A stretch of 53,681 nt of DNA from a virus (IMGVR_UViG_3300049448_000145:1-53681); one strand, 5' to 3'; counted from the first letter of the stretch, positions 45,051-53,681 are shown. Notes: generated from the sequence alone by a model not told the origin. Program-made: numbers and translations.

Positions 45051-46714
45051 TGGCAGCGTCGGATCAGAGCCTCGACCCGTCGAAATGGGCATCCGATGCC
45101 GGCGGTTGGCTGAGCGGAACCGCTGGCCCGGCCCTCGCATCGGCAGCCAAGGACGTCTGGGGGGCGATCAAGCCGCCGTCGACTGGGAACATCGACCAGG
45201 CGGTTGCCGACTCCCGCGCCCTCGAAGGCCAATTCATCTCCCAGATGGGCCAGCAGCAGGCCACGCCGGGCGTGTCATATGGTGGATCGGCGCCGGTGGT
45301 TGCCGCGCCGAGCTCGGCCCCAGGCGCCGCCCCGATCGCCGGGCCGCCGGCAACGCCCGGCCAGCCCGCGGCGGTGATGCAGCAGCCGGGTATGACGGCG
45401 CCGGTCACGATGCAGGCCCAGCCGCAGCAGGGACAGCCGACCGCGACGCAGTTCGCCGCCGCCCAGCCCGTCCAGGGTCAGCAGCCGGCCGGCATGGCAC
45501 CGCTGGCCGGCAGGGTCACGGATAAAGGCGGCCCCGGCGGCACCCCGCAGCCGCCGGCTCAACTTCCCCCGGGCATTCCCCCGGGCAGTACGCCGAATGC
45601 CGATGGCACCTACACGGCGCCGGTTGGCCAGATGGCGCCGGAAGCGCGTTCTGGGATCGGGCATTTCAATCCCGCTCCCGATCCGAACTACAACGGCGTC
45701 GTGTCTGGCGGCACCTATTCCCCCGTTGGCAATTACCCGGCCGCGCCGCCCGACGCCGACCGCATGCCCACCGGCCCGGCTCCCGCGACCGCCCCCGGCA
45801 TGATGGCCGCGTCGATGCAGGCCGCCCAACTCAACACGGCGCCGCAAGACCAGTTCCGCCAGCAGCAGATGGACCTCGCTGGCTCGCTCCAGGATACGAT
45901 CGCCGGCCGCAACACCTCGGTGGCCCAACTTCAGCAACAGCAGGCCTTCGCGCAGCAACAGGCGCAGCAGATGGGCCTCGCCGCCGCGATGGGACGGGGC
46001 GGGAACGCCGCGCTCGCCATGCGGACCGCCGCCGGCAACATGGGCCAACTCGGGGCGCAGCAGGCCGCCGCATCGGCCCTCCAGCGCGCGCAGGAGACGG
46101 CGATGGCGCAGAACCAGCTTGGCGCCGTGTCCGGGCAGGGCCGCGCCGCCGACATCGGCATCGCCGGGCAGAACGCCGCGAACATCCAGCAGGGCAACCA
46201 AGTCAACGCGGCGAACCTCCAGGCCGCCAACGCCGCTAACCAGCAGTCCCAGATCGGGACGCGCGGCCAGAACATCCAGGAGCAGTCGAACCGCGCCAAT
46301 CAGGTCCTACAGGCCAACCAGAATCAGGGCACCGCGGCGGCGGGGCAGTTCAACGCCAAGACGTCGAGCGCCCAGCAGTACGGCGGCCTGCTCAGCGCAG
46401 GGGCGGGCGCGGTCTCCTCGCTGCTGTCCGACGAGCGAGCGAAGACCGATATCACGACCGCGCCGTCGGGCGACTTCCAGGAGTTTTTGCGCAAGCTGCG
46501 CCCCAGCGGCTACCGATACATCGGGCTAGAGAGCCCGGAGACCGGCGTCATGGCCCAAGACGTCGAGCGCAGCCGCATCGGCCGCACGCTGGTGCGCGAG
46601 ACGCCATCGGGCGCCAAGGCCATCGACGTCCCGCGCGCGACCGGAACCATCCTGGCAGTGCTGGCGGACATGCACCGTCGCGTGACCGCGGTGGAAGGCC
46701 GCAAGGCGGCGTGA
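45050..46714 (+). CDS. DNA ejection/pilot protein with C-terminal peptidase S74-like chaperone domain
   Basis: Gln/Ala/Gly-rich body; SDERAKTDI...YRY...GVMAQDVE. Confidence 0.72.
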   Translation: MAASDQSLDPSKWASDAGGWLSGTAGPALASAAKDVWGAIKPPSTGNIDQAVADSRALEGQFISQMGQQQATPGVSYGGSAPVVAAPSSAPGAAPIAGPPATPGQPAAVMQQPGMTAPVTMQAQPQQGQPTATQFAAAQPVQGQQPAGMAPLAGRVTDKGGPGGTPQPPAQLPPGIPPGSTPNADGTYTAPVGQMAPEARSGIGHFNPAPDPNYNGVVSGGTYSPVGNYPAAPPDADRMPTGPAPATAPGMMAASMQAAQLNTAPQDQFRQQQMDLAGSLQDTIAGRNTSVAQLQQQQAFAQQQAQQMGLAAAMGRGGNAALAMRTAAGNMGQLGAQQAAASALQRAQETAMAQNQLGAVSGQGRAADIGIAGQNAANIQQGNQVNAANLQAANAANQQSQIGTRGQNIQEQSNRANQVLQANQNQGTAAAGQFNAKTSSAQQYGGLLSAGAGAVSSLLSDERAKTDITTAPSGDFQEFLRKLRPSGYRYIGLESPETGVMAQDVERSRIGRTLVRETPSGAKAIDVPRATGTILAVLADMHRRVTAVEGRKAA

Positions 46715-48774
46715 GCGCGGCGGCGTACGATCCGGACGAACTGAAGCGCCCGCAGTTCGAAAACCCGGCTCTCGCAGCGCCCGCGCTGACGTCGGTCGAG
46801 CGGCCGTACAACGAGCCGGCCTTGGCCCTGGCGCCCGAGCAGCGTGGCGGTCCGGCGCCGACGGACGCGCTCGCCCTCCAGCAGCCGGACCCGGCCGACG
46901 AGCCCACGGGCGTCGATGCCATCTCGGGCGGCAGCCTGACCCCTCCCGACGCCGCGCGCCCGCCGCCCCCGGGCGGACAACTCGACACGGACCAGCTCAT
47001 GACGGCCGCGTCCGTCCCGCCGCCCGCTGGAGGCGACGCCGTCGACCAGACGATCGCCGCGGCCCAAGCCGCCAACGCCCCGCCCGCGCCCCCCGCCAAG
47101 CCTCCGACCATCCAGGAGCAGGAGCAGGCCGGGCTCGCCGAGCAGGACAAGCTCGCCAGCGATGCCGAGAAGGCCGAGCGGGCAGCCGGCGCCGCGCGCG
47201 CGAAGCAGGCCGAGGCCTCCCAGATCGAAGCGCAGCAGAAGGCGCAGATCCAGGCCGAGAACGCCAAGCGCGAACAGGCCATCGTCGATCAGGCCAACGC
47301 CCGCACTCAACAGTGGATGGACCGCAGCACCGCCGAGAATGACAAGTTTATGCGGATGGGGCTCCACGACTACTGGGACGACAAGTCCGTCGGGAACAAG
47401 ATCCTCGCCGGCCTGGCCATGGTCTTCGGGGCGGCAGGGGGGCGGTCGCTCGCCGACAACCCCGGCTACCAGATGATCAACACGGCGATCGAGCGCGACT
47501 TCCGGACGCAGCAGGCGAACATCGCCAAGCAGAAAGAGAACGTCAACCTCGCCAAGCAGGGCGTTGAAGACGCGTTGAATCAGAAGCAGCAGCAGCTCGC
47601 CGACAACAACCTCAAGAAGGCCGCCGCGTACGACGCCGTCGCCGCGCAGGCCGTCGCGCTCAAGCTGAAACAGGGCGTCCCGCTCGAGCAGGCATCGACC
47701 GATGCCGCCGTGGTCGGGCTCCGTCAGAAGGCCAACGCCACCCGAATGGAGACGCTCAAGGCGGTCCACGGGCAGAACGTCGAGGACGCGCAGCTGGCGG
47801 ACCAAGACGAGCGGCTCAAGATCGAGCACGAGAGAACCGGGTTCGAAGGACAGCGGGTCGGGATCGAGCGCGATCGGCTCGCGAACGACAAGCTGCGCGC
47901 CGAAGCGGCGATGGTTTCGGCGCAAGCCCATGCGAAAGGGAAGTCCGGCAAGGGTGGCGGCGGGGGCGGTGGAAGCTCGCTCGACGCGGCGGCTGTGCAG
48001 CTGCGGAAAGAGATCCAGGACGCCGCTGACGCCGGCAAGCCGATGACCGGCGATCAGATCCTCGCGCGCGGCGTGCAACTGAAGATCCCGGCCGAAGCGA
48101 AGGCGGGCCACGTATCGATCAAGTCGATCAACACGGCCATCGCGCAAGAGGGCGGCATCAAGGCGAAGAACGCCAAGCTCGACACGGGCCAGGTCACCGA
48201 ATGGGCGAGGGAGAACAAGATCCCCGACCTGATCAAGAAGCAGGACGAGCTTTCCGCCGTGCTCGAAGAGGTCAACAACGCCAAGCACAACCCGCTGCAG
48301 CAGGCGCTCGCGATCGAGAAGGCTGTCTCGTCGGCGCGCGGCGGCGCGGCCTCGAGGCAGGCGCTCGACCTGGCGCTTCACCATCTCGGCGGGCGCTGGG
48401 ATTCGATCGAGGCGCTGATCCAGGGCGCGAAAGACGGTGAAGTTGGCGAAGCGCAGATGAAGAACTTCGTCGGCTTCATGCGCAACCAACTCGGCACCGC
48501 GCAGGGCGAGGGGAAGAAGAAGTACGACGACTTCAACAAGTTCATCGCATCGCAGCCGGCGGAGAAGCGCTCGGCGCTCGAAGCCCAGCGCGGGCGCGTG
48601 TTCTCGGGCGTGCACGGGTTCGGAGAGTCGGCGCCGTCGAAGGGCGGCGGCGCGCTGCCCGGCGGCATGAAGATCGTCAAGGTCCGCGACACGCAGACTG
48701 GGGCCATCATCGAGGCGATCAAGCGCCCCGATGGGTCGCTCGTGAACAAGCAGACCGGCGCCGCGCTGCAGTGA
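46711..48774 (+). CDS. Internal virion / ejection protein
   Basis: Long Ala/Gln/Lys helical protein with short hydrophobic segment LAGLAMVFGAAGG. Confidence 0.65.
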   Translation: MSAAAYDPDELKRPQFENPALAAPALTSVERPYNEPALALAPEQRGGPAPTDALALQQPDPADEPTGVDAISGGSLTPPDAARPPPPGGQLDTDQLMTAASVPPPAGGDAVDQTIAAAQAANAPPAPPAKPPTIQEQEQAGLAEQDKLASDAEKAERAAGAARAKQAEASQIEAQQKAQIQAENAKREQAIVDQANARTQQWMDRSTAENDKFMRMGLHDYWDDKSVGNKILAGLAMVFGAAGGRSLADNPGYQMINTAIERDFRTQQANIAKQKENVNLAKQGVEDALNQKQQQLADNNLKKAAAYDAVAAQAVALKLKQGVPLEQASTDAAVVGLRQKANATRMETLKAVHGQNVEDAQLADQDERLKIEHERTGFEGQRVGIERDRLANDKLRAEAAMVSAQAHAKGKSGKGGGGGGGSSLDAAAVQLRKEIQDAADAGKPMTGDQILARGVQLKIPAEAKAGHVSIKSINTAIAQEGGIKAKNAKLDTGQVTEWARENKIPDLIKKQDELSAVLEEVNNAKHNPLQQALAIEKAVSSARGGAASRQALDLALHHLGGRWDSIEALIQGAKDGEVGEAQMKNFVGFMRNQLGTAQGEGKKKYDDFNKFIASQPAEKRSALEAQRGRVFSGVHGFGESAPSKGGGALPGGMKIVKVRDTQTGAIIEAIKRPDGSLVNKQTGAALQ

Positions 48775-51467
48775 TGGGCCGCTTCGAGGAAATCCCCGAC
48801 GAGCCGGCAGCCGCGCCCGTCGCGGCGGCGTCGCGATACGAGGAGATCGACGAGACTGCGCCGAAGGCGGACGCGCGCGGCCACGAGATCGATCCGCGCT
48901 TCGCCGACGAGGCGCCGGTCGAGAAGGCCCTCAAGAACACCGGGTCTTACGACGAGGTCATGGCGAACTTCCGCGGCGACAAGGCGGCCGCGCAGGCGGC
49001 ATCGGACGCCGCGATCACGCCCCAGGAGGGGGAAGGGTTCTTCAAGCGGGCGTTCAAATCGGCGGCGCACGGTGTCCGCGCCGTCGGAGTGATTGGCGGC
49101 GACGTGATCGGCTCGCGCGGGAAGGCCCTGCTCGACCCGCAGAAGCGGCGCCAGCTCGGGCGCGGCATCGACGACATCGTGACGCTGGGGTATGGGCAGA
49201 AGCTCGCCGCGCGCGTCGGGAACGCGGCCGGCGACCAGCCCGACGTGGCGCTCGGCCCCGAGACGTTCCGTGGCCTGTTCTCGTCTGCTGGCGCGCCGGT
49301 CGCGAACACGCAGGCGGCCGACCAGGAAGCGGCGCCCGAGTACCGCACCGGCGGCCAGTTCGTCGGCGGCTTCGTTCCCGGCGCCGGGCAGCTGCTCGGC
49401 AAGGCGGCCGGCAAGCTAGTCGGAAGGGCCGTCCCCGCCGCGGCGGGGCTCATCCCAGAGGCGGCGGCGGGCGTCGTCAAGGGCGTGGCCGGATACGAGG
49501 CGGCGGCTCCGATCGCTGCGGGGCTGTCGGCCAATGCCGAAGGCAACCGACTGGAAGCGGCGAAGCAGGCGGCGACGGATCCGCTCGGCCTGCTCATGGC
49601 CGGCGCGGGCGGCGGGGCGGGCGAGGCGTTTCAGAAGCGCACGCTGGCCTCGAAGGGCGCCAAGGCGCGCGCGCTGATCGAGGCTGAAGGCCAGGGCGCC
49701 ACCGTGTCGCCGCTGTCCGCCGGTGAGGGCGGCGTGTTCGACCGCGAGCTCAAGGGCGTCCCGGCCAACGATCGCGGGATCGGAGCGGCAGCCAAGATCG
49801 GCGCCCGCGGCATCGCCGACACGATCGAGCAGCAGTTCAAGGACGAGCACGGCTTCGATTACCGCGAGGGACCGGCGGTCCTGAAAGGCGCCGCAGTCAC
49901 CGCGAAAGAGCAGGCGCAGATCGCCCGCCGCGCCGCCAGGGCGGCCGACATTGCTTACCGCGACGACATCTCAGCGGCGAAGGACGCGGTAAAGACGGAA
50001 ACCGCCGCGCGCGCGAAGCAGATCATCGACCAGATCGAAGAAGAACACCGCACGGAGACGTCGCGTCCCTATCGCAAGCTCAAGGCCGAGATCGACAGCT
50101 CACCGGAGGCGTCCGCGCCGCGCGACGTCGCTCCGATCGTGAAGTCGATGCAGGACGCCGTCAACGATCTGGAGACGGCGCCGCACGTGCGCGGGGCGCT
50201 CAACGAGCAGCTCAAGATCCTGGAGAACTATCGGACGAAACAGTTCGACCCCGACGCGCTCGTGCAGGGCGGCGGGCTCGACGGGATGAAAGCGGGCGAG
50301 GCGGTCGCGTTGCTCGAGAAGCAGCGCCACGCCAACCCGGCGATCGGTGAGGAAATCGACCGGATCAAGTCCGACGCTACATCTCCCGACGGGCCGATCA
50401 TGGTCCCGGAACGCCAACTCAACGGCCTGCGCCGGACCCTGATGCGGTCGGCGAAGGTGGGCTCGACCGACGCACCCGGGGAGGCTGAGGCGCCTCTGCG
50501 CCGGGCGGCGTTCGTGGCGAAGCAGATGGTCGACGAGGGGCCGTACAAGGCGCTCAACGACCTCTATGCCGAAGGGGCGTCGAAGCGCGAGGCCGCGCGC
50601 AAGGCGGTCGGGCTCAAGGGCAAGCCGGCGAAGGAAGCCGCGGCCGACGAGCGGCGCCTGACGTCGAACCTGCGCAACCTCGTCGCGGATGAAACCGCCA
50701 TCCCGGGCCCGCTCCCGCCCGAAGCCGACATGGCGCCGGTGCGCGCCGCGCTCAAGGCACCGCTGGCGCGCCGAGAATCAGCGATGTCGCGAATCCGGGC
50801 GGACCTGGCGATCGCCGAGAAGAACCGCGCCGGCACCGTATCGAAGGTGACCGAGGCGACGAAGGCGGCCGAAGCCGACCGCGCGCTGCTGGGGCTCAAC
50901 ACGAAGATCGGGACGCGGAAGACGGACGTCAACCAGATCCGGTTGGCCCTCCAGCGCCAGGGCGAGAACAGCGGCACGGCCGGCGGCAGCGCGGGCGCCA
51001 CGGACGTCCTGTCCGAGTTCGTGGCCAAGCACCCGGAAACGCGGCCGCTCACGATGCTGCCTGAGTTGCAACGGGCGAAGTCCGATCTCAGCTTCCACGT
51101 CACCCCCGGACACGGCGGGGCGATGCACAAGGGCGTCGGCGAGGCGCTCGGCCCGGCGGCGCTGGCGTACACAGCCTTCATGCATCCTGTCGCAACGCTG
51201 GGGGCGTTGGCGGCCGTCAACCGGGCTCCCATCGCCGGCCGCTTCCTGACGCCGCTGGCGCGCAAGGTGAACGCGCCGGGCATCGGCGGACGTCTCGGGG
51301 CGCTCACGGGCGCGGGCCCGTCGCCCGACGACGTCGCCCTGGCCCGGGAGATTCAGAAGCTCGTGGCGATGGGCATGCCACTCAACGATGCGATCCTGGC
51401 GGCGCGCGGCACGGTCAAATCGGCGCGTGGGGACGACGCCGGCGAAGCCGCGCCGTCACTTCCGTAG
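48771..51467 (+). CDS. Large internal virion / ejection protein
   Basis: 898 aa, Ala/Gly-rich, DDIVTLGYG motif. Confidence 0.65.
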   Translation: MMGRFEEIPDEPAAAPVAAASRYEEIDETAPKADARGHEIDPRFADEAPVEKALKNTGSYDEVMANFRGDKAAAQAASDAAITPQEGEGFFKRAFKSAAHGVRAVGVIGGDVIGSRGKALLDPQKRRQLGRGIDDIVTLGYGQKLAARVGNAAGDQPDVALGPETFRGLFSSAGAPVANTQAADQEAAPEYRTGGQFVGGFVPGAGQLLGKAAGKLVGRAVPAAAGLIPEAAAGVVKGVAGYEAAAPIAAGLSANAEGNRLEAAKQAATDPLGLLMAGAGGGAGEAFQKRTLASKGAKARALIEAEGQGATVSPLSAGEGGVFDRELKGVPANDRGIGAAAKIGARGIADTIEQQFKDEHGFDYREGPAVLKGAAVTAKEQAQIARRAARAADIAYRDDISAAKDAVKTETAARAKQIIDQIEEEHRTETSRPYRKLKAEIDSSPEASAPRDVAPIVKSMQDAVNDLETAPHVRGALNEQLKILENYRTKQFDPDALVQGGGLDGMKAGEAVALLEKQRHANPAIGEEIDRIKSDATSPDGPIMVPERQLNGLRRTLMRSAKVGSTDAPGEAEAPLRRAAFVAKQMVDEGPYKALNDLYAEGASKREAARKAVGLKGKPAKEAAADERRLTSNLRNLVADETAIPGPLPPEADMAPVRAALKAPLARRESAMSRIRADLAIAEKNRAGTVSKVTEATKAAEADRALLGLNTKIGTRKTDVNQIRLALQRQGENSGTAGGSAGATDVLSEFVAKHPETRPLTMLPELQRAKSDLSFHVTPGHGGAMHKGVGEALGPAALAYTAFMHPVATLGALAAVNRAPIAGRFLTPLARKVNAPGIGGRLGALTGAGPSPDDVALAREIQKLVAMGMPLNDAILAARGTVKSARGDDAGEAAPSLP

Positions 51468-52316
51468 GTCGCCGTCCGCGGTCGCGCCGGTCTGCGACTG
51501 GAACATCGTCGCCGTCTTCCCAGTCGCGCGCGACGGCGCCGGTCCCTGCTTCGTCTCGTCTTGCTTCCCGAAGCTGGCCTGGAGATCGGACTGAAGCGCG
51601 GGGGACATCGTGTCCGTCCCATACACGAGCTGCACTTCGCGCTCTTTCCTATATGGCAGCTTCCAGGACTTCTTTTTGGCCAGGGCGTCCGCCATCGCGA
51701 GGCCGAGGGCTGCTTTCGTCCCGTCATAGAGCTTGGGGTAGAGGGCCTGGAAGTGCTGGATCTGGTCACCGACGAGGATCCCCTGCTCCATGTCCCGCAT
51801 GACGACCATGGGGTCGTTGGCGACGTCGAAGGCCCGGCGAAAGTTGGCGATCTCGGTGTCGCTGGGGTCGAAGTTCGTGGTCTGCGCGGTCGTCTCCACG
51901 GTGCTGACAGGGAGGATCTTCTGCAGATAGGGGATCGCCACCTGGACGAGCGCCAGGTAGGAGGCGGCGAGGTCGTGGTCTTCGGGCCGGAAGGCGGCCG
52001 AGATGTCCTCGAGCAGCTGCGGCTTGAGGGACGGCGGGGCGGCCGGATCGTCTGACGGGCCGATCGCCTCGGTGATGTGGTCGAGCGCCCACCCGTAATC
52101 GAACTTCGCCATCTTGTCGACCTTGCGGGGGCCGTCGTCCTCGGCAACGAAGCGCGTCAGCGACCGCCTGATCTCCCGCGGGAGCATTTCGGCGCGGTCC
52201 TTGTCCCCCATCGTGATGCGGCCCGGCTTGCCCGCCAGGATCTCGCGGATGCCGGTCACGGCCAGGAGGGCTTCGGCGGACACCGGCGGGGCTGCCTGGG
52301 GCGGTTCGATAGCCAT
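51456..52316 (-). CDS. Inverted late gene, helical virion-type domain
   Basis: Typical codon usage; preceded by motif copy D; ANDPMVVMRD...LYPKLY...LPYRK. Confidence 0.7.
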   Translation of the reverse strand: MAIEPPQAAPPVSAEALLAVTGIREILAGKPGRITMGDKDRAEMLPREIRRSLTRFVAEDDGPRKVDKMAKFDYGWALDHITEAIGPSDDPAAPPSLKPQLLEDISAAFRPEDHDLAASYLALVQVAIPYLQKILPVSTVETTAQTTNFDPSDTEIANFRRAFDVANDPMVVMRDMEQGILVGDQIQHFQALYPKLYDGTKAALGLAMADALAKKKSWKLPYRKEREVQLVYGTDTMSPALQSDLQASFGKQDETKQGPAPSRATGKTATMFQSQTGATADGDLRK

Positions 52317-52341
52317 CAACCCCGCCCCGCTTCCCCTCTGA
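52317..52341 (-). promoter_or_regulatory. Late-promoter-like motif, copy D
   Basis: Minus strand TCAGAGGG-GAAG-CGGGGCG-GGGTTG then ATG. Confidence 0.68.
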
Positions 52342-52351
52342 GGGCGCGGGT

Positions 52352-52376
52352 TCTGAGGGATTGCCGGGCGTGGTCA
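52352..52376 (+). promoter_or_regulatory. Late-promoter-like motif, copy E (leadered)
   Basis: TCTGAGGG-ATTG-CCGGGCG-TGGTCA, ~50 nt before ATG 52428, which has its own AAAGGGG RBS. Confidence 0.62.
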
Positions 52377-52427
52377 GAGCCAGTCCGGCGGGGGTGCCCG
52401 CCCTAGCCCGAGCAAAGGGGCGCCACG

Positions 52428-52796
52428 ATGTCCGACAAGGTCCCGCAGAACCCGCAGATCCTCACGGCCCAGGCCGCCACGTTCCGCACGAACGCCCTGG
52501 ACGTCTCGGCCATCGACCGGATCGGCTACGCGATCCGCACCGGCGGCGCCGGCACGCTCGTCGGCACGTGGACCGTCCAGTACTCGAACGACTACGTCCC
52601 CAACGTCGACGCCCAGTCTTCGGACGCGAAGTGGGACACGTACACGTTGACGACGTCACCGCCGGCCGCCTCGGGCGCGCCGCAGACGTTCGGGATCATC
52701 CTCGACGACTACGAGTACAAGTACGTCCGGATCAAGTTCACGTACACGAGCGGCACCGGAGACGTCTCCGTCTTTGCCCAGATGAAGGGGACCTAA
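52428..52796 (+). CDS. Small beta-sandwich virion protein
   Basis: GTWTVQYSND...YKYVRIKFTYTSGTG. Confidence 0.65.
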   Translation: MSDKVPQNPQILTAQAATFRTNALDVSAIDRIGYAIRTGGAGTLVGTWTVQYSNDYVPNVDAQSSDAKWDTYTLTTSPPAASGAPQTFGIILDDYEYKYVRIKFTYTSGTGDVSVFAQMKGT

Positions 52797-52797
52797 C

Positions 52798-53451
52798 GTG
52801 TCGACCTACGGCAAACGGTCCGGGGGCGGCGGGAGCGGCGGGAGCGGCGGCAACGCGTGGGCATCGGCTCGTCAGCCGGTTCTCGACGCGCTCGTCTCAG
52901 GCCTGACGTACATCCAGGTCAAGCCGTCGAACATCCAACCGGCAACTGTAGCCGGGTTGCCGTCTGTCTCGACGCTGGACGCGGCGATCGTCGGAGGTGG
53001 CTGGACTCCGACGGCTGGCAACTTCATCACGCTGACTGGGGTGATCTACACCGACTTGACCACGCAGCCGCATGCGTGGGCGGTGCGCGGAAGATTCGCA
53101 GCTGTCTCCGCGAACCTGCAACTGATGGGTCCCTGCAGCAACGCGGGCAATGACTACGTGATGCTCGCTGTGCAGACCGCGTACGATGCGACGCACCTGG
53201 TGATGGAACTTTTCAAGGCCGGCGGCGGCTCGACGAAGGTGCTCACCTCACACGTCGTCGACGGGAATTCGCACAACTACGGTGTGGCGTTCGATGGAAC
53301 GACATACAAGTGCCTTGTCGACGATCTCGTGGTTGGGAGCACCACCGTGCTCACGAACCTCAACGTCGGGAATCGCGTGTTCGCTGGCTACAACACCACC
53401 GCCGGGGACGTGAAAATCTTCGATCTCCTCTACGGATACCAGCTGCCTTGA
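52798..53451 (+). CDS. ConA/LamG-like lectin-domain virion protein
   Basis: HNYGVAFDGTTYKCLVDDLVVGS resembles the LamG core; ends at a TGA in frame with the SGNH domain. Confidence 0.6.
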   Translation: MSTYGKRSGGGGSGGSGGNAWASARQPVLDALVSGLTYIQVKPSNIQPATVAGLPSVSTLDAAIVGGGWTPTAGNFITLTGVIYTDLTTQPHAWAVRGRFAAVSANLQLMGPCSNAGNDYVMLAVQTAYDATHLVMELFKAGGGSTKVLTSHVVDGNSHNYGVAFDGTTYKCLVDDLVVGSTTVLTNLNVGNRVFAGYNTTAGDVKIFDLLYGYQLP

Positions 53452-53681
53452 CTGCTCCCGGCCGGGAATTTCAGCCTAAAGCCCGCCCAGAAGGTAGTGC
53501 TGGACGGCGACAGCGTCCCGGCCGGTCAGCCGGACCCCTCGTTCGCGTGGCACGTTCCGTACACCGCGAGCGTCAACGCCAACCTCACGGGCGTTGGATC
53601 GGCTCCGATCACGTTCGCGAACGTTGCCGTCGGTGGCAACACGACGGCCGATTGTCTCGCGGGCGTCGCGAACGTGACCGC
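53452..53681 (+). CDS. SGNH hydrolase, N-terminal part (wraps to 533); start unresolved
   Basis: LLPAGNFSLKPAQKVVLDGDSVPAG..., same frame as the upstream ORF. Confidence 0.75.
   Translation, partial: MLPAGNFSLKPAQKVVLDGDSVPAGQPDPSFAWHVPYTASVNANLTGVGSAPITFANVAVGGNTTADCLAGVANVT
53588..53681. repeat. Terminal direct repeat copy 2
   Basis: Identical to 1-94. Confidence 0.97.

Larger units (their letters stand above)
1..53681. mobile_element. Complete circular(ised) tailed phage genome, podovirus-like, probably temperate
   Basis: TerS, TerL, portal, scaffold, capsid, nozzle, ejection proteins, lysis genes and integrase are all present; no tape measure or sheath recognised; exact 94-bp terminal redundancy; no host housekeeping genes. 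Confidence 0.93.

Noticed and set aside
41719-48615. Long antisense ORFs (41719-43581, 46510-48615 and similar)
   Set aside because: Expected stop-free shadows of high-GC coding strands; no RBS or recognisable motifs
1-53681. Genome-wide TGA recoding
   Set aside because: Most genes end in TGA with ATGA/GTGA coupling and long genes are uninterrupted, so code 11 fits

Overview
This window is most likely the complete, circularly assembled genome of a high-GC tailed phage of podovirus type. The first 94 bp are repeated exactly at 53588-53681, so the unique length is about 53,587 bp. Gene order: SGNH esterase, collagen-type fibre and lysis cassette (1-5.7 kb); a small leftward operon led by an RHH-like regulator, divergent from a sigma54-like promoter (5.7-6.9 kb); early and recombination genes (Sak4-like ATPase, PD-(D/E)XK nuclease, RusA); a mosaic block of small genes (12-18 kb); a tyrosine integrase; replication, modification and regulatory genes (DnaA-C HTH, HNHs, DUF1376-like initiator with iteron-like repeats, Dam-type MTase, sigma-region-4 protein, GNAT); then TerS, TerL, portal, scaffold, capsid, adaptor, nozzle and three ejection proteins. 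A Myxococcota host is inferred only, from the sigma54-like promoter, DGG-tailed lipoproteins and GC content. The most unusual signals are non-coding: (1) a 5-copy, fixed-spacing TC(T/A)GAGGG-N4-C(G/C)GGGCG-NGGT(T/C)R motif that abuts late-gene start codons; (2) an in-frame TGA between a lectin-like domain and an SGNH domain that lacks a good start of its own (read-through candidate); (3) a terminator/pseudoknot RNA switch after the integrase; (4) a tRNA-like RNA without a normal anticodon arm; (5) single early genes each bracketed by their own direct repeats; (6) a (GGGNNN)49 tract. All functional calls come from motif recognition by eye; no database searches were run.
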